Shown here piece by piece: positions 10,019 through 18,719 of a stretch of 64,000 bases of DNA. This stretch comes from a virus, in IMG/VR virus record IMGVR_UViG_3300012001_000010, positions 6,356 through 70,355 of that record. One strand, given 5' to 3'. The first letter of the stretch is position 1. Each line of letters starts with the position of its first letter. Both the position numbers and the translations under genes were made by a program. A model generated the notes under the pieces. The model was not told where the DNA came from, searched no databases, and worked only from the letters and a program-made list of their open reading frames with translations.

Positions 10019-10046
10019 GATCGGATTGAAACCGACGGTTGACGCG
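10019..10046 (-). promoter_or_regulatory. Putative phage promoter motif A, copy 4
   Basis: GATCGGA-N12-GTTG-ACGCG at the head of the replication operon. Confidence 0.6.
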
Positions 10047-10095
10047 GAAACCTCTAGATATTTTAACGTTTCGCTAAAATTAAGCCCCGTAGGTT

Positions 10096-10128
10096 AAAAG
10101 GCAAAGGTCATAATGAGCTTTGCCTTAG
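10096..10128 (-). repeat. 33-bp palindromic repeat, copy 2 (reverse core)
   Basis: AAAAGGCAAAGGTCATAATGAGCTTTGCCTTAG. Confidence 0.93.
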
Positions 10129-10234
10129 AGTGGGCAAGATAGGTAGCTTAGATAACTTTTCGCATCAACGTATGTGGAGTATGACTTATGCGAAAACATG
10201 GCGACTATAAGGAAGTCAGATTCGCGCGCGCCTG

Positions 10235-10301
10235 GAATTGAATTGAATTGAATTAAGCAATTGAATTGAATTGAATTGAATTAAGCAATTGAATTGCATT
10301 G
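10235..10301. repeat. Tandem (AATTG)n array interrupted twice by AATTAAGC
   Basis: Directly visible in the AT-rich divergent intergenic region. Confidence 0.9.
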
Positions 10302-10461
10302 GGCCGACGAGAAAGGGATGATTTATATTTAGATATATTCTTGTGTTTAGTGGTGTTTTTTTATAGGGATTTTCTTTCTTTGCTTTTCTTGATCGTCCGC
10401 CCTTGTTTTTTCTTTAGGTGCGAGCGTAGTGAGCCTTTGTTTTTATTCAAGGGGTCTGGTT

Positions 10462-10494
10462 AAAAGGCAAAGCTCATTATGACCTTTGCCTTTT
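10462..10494 (+). repeat. 33-bp palindromic repeat, copy 3
   Basis: Exact consensus; lies between two copies of the 20-bp direct repeat GATCGTCCGCCCTTGTTTTT (10391-10410, 10496-10515). Confidence 0.95.
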
Positions 10495-10518
10495 GGATCG
10501 TCCGCCCTTGTTTTTCCC

Positions 10519-10530
10519 TTGGGTATTTCT
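10519..10530 (+). promoter_or_regulatory. Putative late promoter motif B (TTGGGTAWNTCT), copy 1
   Basis: Same motif recurs at 13717, 29353, 57823 and 59157, each upstream of structural genes. Confidence 0.5.
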
Positions 10531-10549
10531 CTTGAGGGGGATTCATGCG

Positions 10550-10942
10550 ATGGCGAAAAAGACGGTCCCGAAGGTTAGGGCAATCCCGAAGGGATTAGCC
10601 CGAGCGTTGATCGAGCGTAAGGCGAGCGCTGATTCTGAGGCGCTGCTTAATGACCTGATCGACGTTTGGGGTGGGACTCGTCGCCTCGCGTTGGATATCC
10701 ACGGCGAGTTCCAGAAGGCGGCAGCGGGCGGCATGACCCGGCAGCGCATTCTGGAAATGATGCAGCGGCTCATCATGAACAACACGAATCACGAGATTGG
10801 CCGGTCTGCCCGCCCTTCGGACTTGACCGATGATGAGCTTGAAACTGTGGCGATGTCTTACATGAAAAAGGTCTCGGGCCATGCCGAAACAACCGATATC
10901 CCCGATCCCGGACCCCCTTCCCCGGAGGAGGGGGAGTGGTAA
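10550..10942 (+). CDS. Putative terminase small subunit / hypothetical protein
   Basis: Helical 130-aa ORF with GAGGGGG RBS directly upstream of terL; PSDLTDDEL C-terminal motif. Confidence 0.5.
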   Translation: MAKKTVPKVRAIPKGLARALIERKASADSEALLNDLIDVWGGTRRLALDIHGEFQKAAAGGMTRQRILEMMQRLIMNNTNHEIGRSARPSDLTDDELETVAMSYMKKVSGHAETTDIPDPGPPSPEEGEW

Positions 10943-13724
10943 GCGGGTTATCACTGGGTCGGTCGCGCCGATCATGTCGCCTCGGGACATCTACCGGCTC
11001 ACGAACCCGATCCTCGACGACGAGCTTGACGACATTAGGGCGAGCATCCCTCCTGTCTTTGACGACCCGACCCGTCTAACCGTCGTCGAGAGTGAGGAGC
11101 TTAAGGGCGTCCTGTACGAGCTTGCCTCGCGACAGAGCGAGTCGCTGAAGATATTCCAGCCGATGATTGAGCAGGAGCGGTTCTTCGCTTCGGACTCTTC
11201 GGAGCGGATCGCGCTCGGCGGTAATCGCGGCGGCAAGACTACGGCGACGGTGATCGAGATCGCCAGGGCGGTGACGGGGCAAGACCCGCACGACAAATAC
11301 CCCAAGACTGATGGCCGCTGTATTCTCGTCGGCAAAGACTTGACGCATTGCTCGAAGGTGTTTTATCAAAAACTCTTCAAGGCGGGTGCGTTCAAGATCA
11401 TCAAGGATGAATTGACAGAGGAATGGCGTACATACAACCCGAACGATCCCGCCGACAAGGCTCGGGCGCATGAGGCGAAGAAAGCTCCAGCTTTGATCCC
11501 GTCGCGGTTTTATGACTTTAAGAAGATCGCATGGGAAAATAAAAAGGATGAAATCCCTAAGACGATCCCGTTAAAGAACGGCTGGACTATCCACTGCTTT
11601 TCGTCGCTCGGTGCCCCGCCGCAGGGGTGGAATGTGGATATGGTCGCGTTCGACGAGGAGATCGAGCATCCCTTGTGGTATCCCGAGATGTCGGCCCGGC
11701 TCCTGGACAACCGCGTTGAAGACCCGGTGACAGGAAAGGTTCGATCGGGGAAGTTCCTCTGGTCGGCCACGCCACAGGCCGGGACTCAGCAACTCTACGA
11801 CCTTAAGGTGCGCGGCGACGAACTGATCGGCGATCCTTCTCCGGCGATCCAGATTTTCGAGTTCGGCATGTTAGACAACCAATGGGTGTCAGACACAGCC
11901 AAAGCCGAGTTCATCGCAAAGTTCCGCGACAATGAGGACGAGATTAACGTCCGTGTCTACGGCAAGTTCGCGCTGTTAGGTACCCGAGTCTACAGCGAGT
12001 TTATGCCGAAGGGCGTTCATGGGATGGCTGACATGCCGATCCCGGAGGACTGGACGAGCTACGCGATCATCGACCCAGGCAGACAGGTTTGCGCAGTCCT
12101 ATTTATCGCGGTCCCACCTCCTCACAGCGAATGGGCTGGTCGGAAGATTGTCTACGACGAGCTTTACATAAAGAAATGTAACGCTAAGATATTCGCCGAG
12201 ACGTTTGTGCGAAGAGTTAATGGTAGGCCGATCGAATACGCAATCATTGACCATCGCGCGGGACGAATCACAGAGATTGGGTCGGGCTTGACTCACGAGG
12301 AACAATACTCGCGGGCGCTCAAGGAGGCGAACTTTAAGTTCGAGAAGGGCGGCACGACGTTCGTGTGGTCGAGCGACGACGTTAAGGCGGGGATCGAATC
12401 GGTGCGGAACGCCTTACACATCATTGATGGGCGCAGCGAGCTTGTTGTGATCCCCGACAAGACGAAACACTTGCTCTGGGAGATCGAGCGGTATAGCTAC
12501 CGTAAGCTCCCGAGCGGCGTCGTTACCGACGAACCGATCAAGCTAAACGACCATGCGTGCTTTGTCGCCGGGACTCAAGTTCTCACCAAGAGGGGCCAAT
12601 TGGCGATCGAGCTTGTCCGTGTCGGCGATATGGCGTGGACAAGGGGTGGATGGAGGAAGGTCGTGGACGCGGCCTGTACGGCTCGCAACGCGAAGGTTAT
12701 GCGGGTGGAGTTCAGCGACGGTCGATCTTTGACCGGAACGTCAAATCATCCAATATTCGTTGATGGCGTTGGGTACATATCCCTTGGTGAGTTGCGTCAA
12801 GGCGACGTGCTCGTGAATCCTTCGGGAGATATCCAATGCCGGGACCAGTCGCAAAGAAAAGTATCGCGATCATCCATAACGGGATCACTTTCAGGAGATA
12901 CCCGGATTCGCCGCGAAGGAGCGATCGTGTCTATTTCAAGCCGCCAACTCGATTGTCGGCACAAGGGGTCGGTCGCTTGCATCAGGAGGTATGGAAAGAC
13001 GCGAACGGCCCGATTCCTGAAGGATTCCACATCCACCACGTTGACGAGAATCCGCTCAATAATTCGATCGAGAATCTTGAGTGCAAGCCTGAATCCGAGC
13101 ATTTATCAGATCACAACCGGAACGTATCCGCTGAACGATCCGATAATCGTCTCGTTCAGCTTGAGCGGATTCGGCCACTTTCCGCCGACTGGCACTCATC
13201 CAAGGAAGGAACCGATTGGCACAGTAAAAACTCGATCTCTATGTGGAAGAATCGGGAATTTTCTGAGCGAAAGTGCGATCACTGCGGCGAGTCATATTCG
13301 TCTCGCGATCGCAAGGCTGCGGGGTTCTGCTCGAACAAATGCAAGTCGGCCGCTCGCCGAGCTTCCGGCGTCGATAACGTCACTCGACCTTGCGGGGTTT
13401 GCGGAAAGCCATTCTCAGTCAACAGATATTCAAAGGTCCGACACTGTTCCCTGTCATGTGGTGTCCGTTCACACCGAAGCGGGCCGTCATCCGGTTTACA
13501 ACCTAACGGTATCGGATCGGCATGAGTATTTCGCGAACGGAATTCTCGTGTCGAATTGCGATTGCCTACGTTACGCCTGCATGGCAAAACTCCGATATGT
13601 TCGACCGAGGAAGCGGAAGGAAAAGCCGGGATACACGACGGTTTGCCTCGAACGGAAGAAGCAGCGGGCGAAGGAGAAGGCGAAAGAGGAATCGGGCTGG
13701 GGAGGCTCCTATAAAGTTGGGTAA
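10881..13724 (+). CDS. terL: Terminase large subunit containing an intein
   Basis: Walker A GGNRGGKT, Walker B VAFDEE, SATP, nuclease IIDPG and NDHA|CD motif split by the intein. Confidence 0.92.
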   Translation: MPKQPISPIPDPLPRRRGSGKRVITGSVAPIMSPRDIYRLTNPILDDELDDIRASIPPVFDDPTRLTVVESEELKGVLYELASRQSESLKIFQPMIEQERFFASDSSERIALGGNRGGKTTATVIEIARAVTGQDPHDKYPKTDGRCILVGKDLTHCSKVFYQKLFKAGAFKIIKDELTEEWRTYNPNDPADKARAHEAKKAPALIPSRFYDFKKIAWENKKDEIPKTIPLKNGWTIHCFSSLGAPPQGWNVDMVAFDEEIEHPLWYPEMSARLLDNRVEDPVTGKVRSGKFLWSATPQAGTQQLYDLKVRGDELIGDPSPAIQIFEFGMLDNQWVSDTAKAEFIAKFRDNEDEINVRVYGKFALLGTRVYSEFMPKGVHGMADMPIPEDWTSYAIIDPGRQVCAVLFIAVPPPHSEWAGRKIVYDELYIKKCNAKIFAETFVRRVNGRPIEYAIIDHRAGRITEIGSGLTHEEQYSRALKEANFKFEKGGTTFVWSSDDVKAGIESVRNALHIIDGRSELVVIPDKTKHLLWEIERYSYRKLPSGVVTDEPIKLNDHACFVAGTQVLTKRGQLAIELVRVGDMAWTRGGWRKVVDAACTARNAKVMRVEFSDGRSLTGTSNHPIFVDGVGYISLGELRQGDVLVNPSGDIQCRDQSQRKVSRSSITGSLSGDTRIRREGAIVSISSRQLDCRHKGSVACIRRYGKTRTARFLKDSTSTTLTRIRSIIRSRILSASLNPSIYQITTGTYPLNDPIIVSFSLSGFGHFPPTGTHPRKEPIGTVKTRSLCGRIGNFLSESAITAASHIRLAIARLRGSARTNASRPLAELPASITSLDLAGFAESHSQSTDIQRSDTVPCHVVSVHTEAGRHPVYNLTVSDRHEYFANGILVSNCDCLRYACMAKLRYVRPRKRKEKPGYTTVCLERKKQRAKEKAKEESGWGGSYKVG
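12558..13556 (+). mobile_element. Intein (333 aa) in terL
   Basis: Block A CFVAGTQV, block B TGTSNHPIF, block F/G VYNLTVSDRHEYFANGILVSN followed by +1 Cys. Confidence 0.93.
12836..13525 (+). CDS. HNH homing endonuclease with C-terminal Zn-finger repeats, nested out of frame in the intein
   Basis: LHQEVWKDANGPIPEGFHIHHVDENPLNNSIENLE...H; CDHCG...FCSNKC and CGVCG...CSLSC; GGGAGA RBS 6 nt upstream of ATG. Confidence 0.9.
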   Translation: MPGPVAKKSIAIIHNGITFRRYPDSPRRSDRVYFKPPTRLSAQGVGRLHQEVWKDANGPIPEGFHIHHVDENPLNNSIENLECKPESEHLSDHNRNVSAERSDNRLVQLERIRPLSADWHSSKEGTDWHSKNSISMWKNREFSERKCDHCGESYSSRDRKAAGFCSNKCKSAARRASGVDNVTRPCGVCGKPFSVNRYSKVRHCSLSCGVRSHRSGPSSGLQPNGIGSA

Positions 13725-13728
13725 ATCT
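13717..13728 (+). promoter_or_regulatory. Putative late promoter motif B, copy 2
   Basis: TTGGGTAAATCT overlapping the terL stop codon. Confidence 0.45.
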
Positions 13729-13781
13729 CAGGGACGCCCGACGTGGCCACGATAAACCGTTCGACTCCCTGGAGAGACCCA

Positions 13782-14123
13782 ATGAGTACCGCTTCCATCT
13801 CGTCCGCGACTTCCACAGGCCCCCCGAACCCGTTTAATCGCAACGAATTACTGTCCATCGCGCTGATCGCCGCGTGCTTGATCGTCCTGATCTTCGGGAT
13901 GAAGCTCTACTTCGACACCGAGGCGAAGGTGGTCCCACACGCCCCTTTGGTCGTCGCGCCCGACAAGTCCGCGACTTGCCCGTGCAAGACGCCTGCTCCG
14001 GCCTATGCTAAGCCGTTCCGGGTGACTTGCCCTCATTGCCGGTTCGACCTCACGGTCATGCCGCCGAACACCGGCGAGTTCGGCGCGGTCGCCAAGACGG
14101 GCAATGGACAACCCCTCAAGTAA
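13782..14123 (+). CDS. Membrane-anchored hypothetical protein with CxC/CxxC
   Basis: GGAGAG RBS; hydrophobic TM segment LLSIALIAACLIVLIFGM. Confidence 0.55.
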   Translation: MSTASISSATSTGPPNPFNRNELLSIALIAACLIVLIFGMKLYFDTEAKVVPHAPLVVAPDKSATCPCKTPAPAYAKPFRVTCPHCRFDLTVMPPNTGEFGAVAKTGNGQPLK

Positions 14124-14161
14124 CGCACATTCCATCATTATTCTCGATCGAGGACTCAAGC

Positions 14162-14503
14162 ATGCCGCCCGTTGCCAAGAAACCTGTCCCGCCTTATGTG
14201 ATGCCCGTTCCGCCCGCGATGGTTGTGTGGCGTAACGCCCCAGGAGGCGAGCCGAACTACGCGGCCGTCACCAGGCTCGGCAAGTCGGCGATTAGTGTGA
14301 TGATCTTCGCGCCCGAGTCGCGGGTCGGGACGCCGAAGGATGGTGTCCGGCACATTAGCGACCCGCTCAATGCCAATCAAGGATTGTCTGACAGTGGTGT
14401 ATGGGAATTCACCGAGGAGAGTAAGCAATTGCGGATTCTCCAGGATCGTTTCGTCCCAGGCCCCGACGGCAGCGTCAAGCCGATGCCCCACGAAACCAAG
14501 TAA
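14162..14503 (+). CDS. Hypothetical protein
   Basis: GAGGA RBS; ORF immediately upstream of the portal gene. Confidence 0.6.
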   Translation: MPPVAKKPVPPYVMPVPPAMVVWRNAPGGEPNYAAVTRLGKSAISVMIFAPESRVGTPKDGVRHISDPLNANQGLSDSGVWEFTEESKQLRILQDRFVPGPDGSVKPMPHETK

Positions 14504-14515
14504 GCGAGGCCAGCC

Positions 14516-16486
14516 GTGCGTGATTCCTACGATGAGTCTGAAATAGACCCAGTGTTTAGAACTGTAGTCGCGCATTGGCTCACAAAAATTCAACATGCCA
14601 GGGATCATAAGCGCAAGGTGTTCCAGGAAGCGGCCGACGAGTGTATGGGGTTCTATAACGGGCCGAAGTCGTGGCAGGACGTGACCGGTGGGACTCTCGG
14701 GGTCGATAACTCTTCGGATATCGCCGACCCGACTTTTAAGGTGTCAGTCAATAAGACTTTTGAATTCGTCACGATTTTCGGACCCGCCCTTTATTACGAG
14801 AACCCGGTTCGCACAGTTAAGCCAAGGATGCCGGTTATCATCCCGCCCGAATTCTTTGGGCAGGACATCATGACCTATAACGCCCTTGTCCAGCAGGAGA
14901 ACACGCGGGTCCAGACCGATGGCCTTCGCTCGACATTGATCGAGGCGATGTTGAACTGGACTCCAAGTGAATTTCTGCTCGGGACCGAGGCCCGATCGGC
15001 GATCGACGAGGCACTTATCAAGGGTCGCGGTTGCCTCTGGACCGAACTCTACAGCCCGCCCGGCACCGACATGAAAGTCGTGCGGTCGCTCTATGACTCG
15101 ACCGACAACCTCATGGTCGATCCCGACGCAACGAGCTTCAAGAAGGCCCTCTGGGTCGCGAAGAAGTGCGTCCATCCGGTCTGGCAGGTTGAGAGAGACT
15201 TTGGATTGAGGGTGGGTTCGCTCAAGGGGAACCTTGAAAGCCAGGCGAAACAGGCCGATGTCGATACGAGCGATGACATGCTCTACGACCGCAAACGCGG
15301 CTTCACGAACGACCTCCTTATCTACTGGAAAATCTACAGCAAGATGGGTATCGGTGGCAGACTCCAGGGTATCCGCAAGGACTTGCGCGGGCCTCTGGAG
15401 ATGTTCGGCGATTACTCTTATATCTGCGTGGCCGAGAACACGCCATTTCCGCTCAACCTCTCGCCCGACGACACGAACGACCCGCAATTTATGGCCGACC
15501 CGCAGGCTGTGTTCGCTAAGGTTGCGTGGCCGACCCCTTATTGGGGCCAGGATGAATTCCCGGTCAGCGTGCTCGACTTTCATACGATTCACCAATCGCC
15601 GTGGCCGCTCCCGCACCTTAAGGCGGGCATGGGCGAACTCAAGTTCCTCAACTGGTGTACCTCTTTCCTCATGGGGAAGATCAGGAATACCACTCGCGAC
15701 TTCATCGCGATCAAGAAAGAGGCTGGCGAGGAGATCAAGACGAACATCCTCGAAGGCAAGGACTTGACACTCCTTGAACTTGAATCGACGCACGGCACGA
15801 TCTCCGAACTCGTCCAGTTCCTACAGCATCCCGAAGTCAACGGGGACATCTGGAAGATGATCGCGGCGGTCGAAGAGAATTTCGACAAGCGGGTCGGCCT
15901 CACGGAACTCATGTACGGCAATCAAGGGGCGACCCAAATTAGGTCCGCGTCTGAAGCCAAGATGCGCAATCAAAATATGAACGTGCGGCCCGACGACATG
16001 CGTAAGCAGGTCGAGGCGTGGATGAGCCTTGTCGCCGGTAAAGAGGCATTGTGTTCGCGATACCATCTGGTCTCGGCGGATATCCAGCCCGTCTTGGGCC
16101 AGATGGCGGCGTGGGCTTGGACTCAGTTCGTGTCGACCAGGGACATTAATATCGCCTGCCGACAGTTGGAGTACCGGATCGAGGCGGGTTCGACCGCTAG
16201 GCCGAATAAGGATTGGGAAGTCCAGACGATGAGTGATGCGTTCACGAGCCTTGCTCCCGTACTTCAAGCTTATTCCCAGCAGACGATGGACGTGATGCCC
16301 CTGAATAATCTCCTCAGCGACTACGCTAAATCGCTCGATCTCGACCCGGCTCGATACCAGTTGCGGATGCCGATGCCGCCGCAGGCCCCGCCTGGACAGG
16401 GCGACCCGAACGCGCAAGGCGGCGACCCGAACGCACAAGCCGGTCATCAATCTCAGGCTACGAGTAACGTCCCGCCTCCCGGTTAA
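14516..16486 (+). CDS. Portal protein
   Basis: 656 aa after terL; helical N-terminus, VGLTELMYG...SASEA, YRIEAGST, Gln/Pro-rich tail typical of podovirus-like portals. Confidence 0.8.
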   Translation: MRDSYDESEIDPVFRTVVAHWLTKIQHARDHKRKVFQEAADECMGFYNGPKSWQDVTGGTLGVDNSSDIADPTFKVSVNKTFEFVTIFGPALYYENPVRTVKPRMPVIIPPEFFGQDIMTYNALVQQENTRVQTDGLRSTLIEAMLNWTPSEFLLGTEARSAIDEALIKGRGCLWTELYSPPGTDMKVVRSLYDSTDNLMVDPDATSFKKALWVAKKCVHPVWQVERDFGLRVGSLKGNLESQAKQADVDTSDDMLYDRKRGFTNDLLIYWKIYSKMGIGGRLQGIRKDLRGPLEMFGDYSYICVAENTPFPLNLSPDDTNDPQFMADPQAVFAKVAWPTPYWGQDEFPVSVLDFHTIHQSPWPLPHLKAGMGELKFLNWCTSFLMGKIRNTTRDFIAIKKEAGEEIKTNILEGKDLTLLELESTHGTISELVQFLQHPEVNGDIWKMIAAVEENFDKRVGLTELMYGNQGATQIRSASEAKMRNQNMNVRPDDMRKQVEAWMSLVAGKEALCSRYHLVSADIQPVLGQMAAWAWTQFVSTRDINIACRQLEYRIEAGSTARPNKDWEVQTMSDAFTSLAPVLQAYSQQTMDVMPLNNLLSDYAKSLDLDPARYQLRMPMPPQAPPGQGDPNAQGGDPNAQAGHQSQATSNVPPPG

Positions 16487-16499
16487 TTTTATCTCGACC

Positions 16500-16532
16500 A
16501 AAAGGCAAAGCTCATTATGACCTTTGCCTTTT
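16500..16532 (+). repeat. 33-bp palindromic repeat, copy 4
   Basis: Exact consensus just after the portal stop codon. Confidence 0.95.
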
Positions 16533-16557
16533 AACCACCACATGAAGAGAAGAATCC

Positions 16558-17175
16558 ATGCAAGCCTATATCGTACTGCCAGATGGACGACTGGAAGCTA
16601 TCGCGTCAGAATTGATCCCGCCCGACGTGGCGTTGTCGCCGATCGTCTTTCCGGTCATCTCACAGGATATCGTCGCGCAAGCACGCTACGAGAACATGCG
16701 TCTCGCCGGTGAATCTCACAAGATGGCCGAAGTGCTCGCATGCCGAAGCTTCCCAGGCGTCAAGTCGGACGCGATCTTCAACGAGGGGAAATTCTCGTCA
16801 AGTTCGGGCAAGGTCGGGATCGAGCAGGAATGGCTCTCGAAGCAGGCCGAGGACGTTGGGGTCTCGACGACGGGGAAGTGGTATTGCCGTGGCCTCGCGA
16901 GCTTCCCAGGCGACCCGACCGCGTGGGTCGACAGTCGCGGCGACGTGCTCAGGATCGCCAAGGAGAAGAATATGACCGTCCACGGTTACGTCGAGCATCA
17001 GGGTTACGAGACTGATGGCGGCGGCGACACGGTGATCGGCGACGACATTATCGAGAATGAGTGCCTCGATATCTTCGACTCGAATCCCGGAATCGACCAG
17101 GAGCAGGTCCGCGAGGAAGTGTATAAGCTCCGCACTGGGGCCGTTGACCCTAACCCGCTGCTCGTCGAGGATTGA
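16558..17175 (+). CDS. Hypothetical phage protein
   Basis: 205-aa ORF in the late operon. Confidence 0.65.
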   Translation: MQAYIVLPDGRLEAIASELIPPDVALSPIVFPVISQDIVAQARYENMRLAGESHKMAEVLACRSFPGVKSDAIFNEGKFSSSSGKVGIEQEWLSKQAEDVGVSTTGKWYCRGLASFPGDPTAWVDSRGDVLRIAKEKNMTVHGYVEHQGYETDGGGDTVIGDDIIENECLDIFDSNPGIDQEQVREEVYKLRTGAVDPNPLLVED

Positions 17176-17179
17176 GATT

Positions 17180-17296
17180 ATGTACGGATACACGTTAGTC
17201 CTAGGGATATGCTTCTTTTGGGTCATCTTCGCACCGTTGACGCTTGCGATGACCGAGTGGCTCTTGGGAATCGGCGATAAGGGGGACTGGAGATGA
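17180..17296 (+). CDS. Small membrane peptide
   Basis: MYGYTLVLGICFFWVIFAPL; GAGGA RBS; ATGA overlap with next gene. Confidence 0.45.
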   Translation: MYGYTLVLGICFFWVIFAPLTLAMTEWLLGIGDKGDWR

Positions 17297-18510
17297 TCTC
17301 GCAGACGACCTTCCAAGACTTGATCGACCACGGGATTGATTATCTCGGGTCGAACCCGTCGAGCAACGCCCAGCGGGATTGCGTCCGCGCGGCCCTCGAA
17401 GCTTACCGAGACCTCGCGAACGCATTCAACTGGACCTATCTCTACACCCACGGCCGAGTGATGACGAACGCGGCCTATGACGGGTCGCTTAATCTCGTCT
17501 TGCCGACCGTAAAATATCAGCAATCGACCGGCGCTTATCCTCTCATGGTCACGTTGACCGGGGATATGTGGCCGGTGTGGGCGGGAGACGGTTCTTATAT
17601 CAGGCTCGGCCTAGTCGATTCTAGCGGCAACACGACCCTCGTCACCTATCGGGTGGCCCAGCGGGTCAGCGCGACCGTGCTGACGCTCACTCAGTCGTTA
17701 AACCCCGGTGCCGACATGCCAGCGGGCACGACGTTCATTCTCTATCAAGACACACTCTTGTTGCCGAGCGACTATATCTCCCAGGATCAAGCCTTGTACG
17801 AGCGGAACTTCGGCGGGATGGATTACACTCATCCTCGTGAATGGCTTTATGAGAACAGGTATATCTTCGCGCAAGGGACTCCACTCTACTACACGATCAC
17901 CGGCGACCCCCAGTATCCCGGCCGTCTCTGCCTCAAGGTGTTCCCGTGGCCGATCGAGACGAAGACGATTGATTTTGTCTACAAGCGCAGGCCACGCCCG
18001 CTCGTCCACATGCTCTATTCTTCGTCGGCCATGTCGGCGTCGATCACGGCGGGGACTCAGATCGTAACAGGTGTCGGGACGACATTCACGCCAGCGATGG
18101 TTGGGTCTGTGATTCGTATCGCTTCGGGCGGAACGACGGCCCCGTCATCGCTCATTATGGGCGAAGGCCGAGTTATCCTCGAATCGGTCATCACGACTTA
18201 CGTCTCGGCGACGAGCGTGACGATCTCCGACGTGGCTGACATCACCTATGCGGCTTGCCCGTTCACGATCAGCGATTCGGTCGATATCGAGCAGGGGGCG
18301 ATGCTTAACGCCTTGCTCCGTGGGATCGAGAAACACTTAGGGATGAATCGCACACTGAAGGATAAGCCTTCGGCGATCAAGCAGTATGACTTGGCGCTAT
18401 CGGAAGCGAAGTCGGCTGACTCACGGAGCTTCGCGGGACGATCGGCGGGCCAGCGTATCCCGGTTCGACTCAGGCTCAGGGATTACCCGTATACCTCGAA
18501 CATCGAGTAA
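17293..18510 (+). CDS. Putative head-tail adaptor / tail tubular A-like protein
   Basis: TFQDLIDHGIDYLG N-terminus, LLLPSDY, GTPLYYTI, LKVFPWP, terminal helix. Confidence 0.55.
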   Translation: MISQTTFQDLIDHGIDYLGSNPSSNAQRDCVRAALEAYRDLANAFNWTYLYTHGRVMTNAAYDGSLNLVLPTVKYQQSTGAYPLMVTLTGDMWPVWAGDGSYIRLGLVDSSGNTTLVTYRVAQRVSATVLTLTQSLNPGADMPAGTTFILYQDTLLLPSDYISQDQALYERNFGGMDYTHPREWLYENRYIFAQGTPLYYTITGDPQYPGRLCLKVFPWPIETKTIDFVYKRRPRPLVHMLYSSSAMSASITAGTQIVTGVGTTFTPAMVGSVIRIASGGTTAPSSLIMGEGRVILESVITTYVSATSVTISDVADITYAACPFTISDSVDIEQGAMLNALLRGIEKHLGMNRTLKDKPSAIKQYDLALSEAKSADSRSFAGRSAGQRIPVRLRLRDYPYTSNIE

Positions 18511-18513
18511 ATC

Positions 18514-18705
18514 ATGTCAACGCCGCGCGATGCCAAGAAGCCGGATAGTCGGGTCGTGATCCGTGACTTTCCGGGATACCAGCCCAATGTCGACCCGCAC
18601 GACATCCCTCCTGGTGTCGCGGTTATCCAAATTAACGCGATGAGTTGGAAGCCGGGCGAGCTTCGGGTTCGTCCCGGATATACCGCCGTTCAATTCGACC
18701 TCTAA
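18514..18705 (+). CDS. Small tail-associated protein
   Basis: DFPG...DPHDIPPG...GELRVRPGY resembles the N-terminal segment of podovirus nozzle proteins. Confidence 0.45.
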   Translation: MSTPRDAKKPDSRVVIRDFPGYQPNVDPHDIPPGVAVIQINAMSWKPGELRVRPGYTAVQFDL

Positions 18706-18719
18706 TGTGAGTCACGACG

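Noticed and set aside
12836-13525. Nested HNH explained as a simple frameshift or pseudogene of terL
   Set aside because: The terL/intein frame is open end to end with intact N- and C-terminal splicing blocks, and the HNH ORF has its own RBS, start and stop
14744-15793. Long antisense ORFs (also 24239-25498, 41264-42712, 54490-55659, 59198-60415)
   Set aside because: Shadow frames of GC-rich genes on the opposite strand, with no motifs
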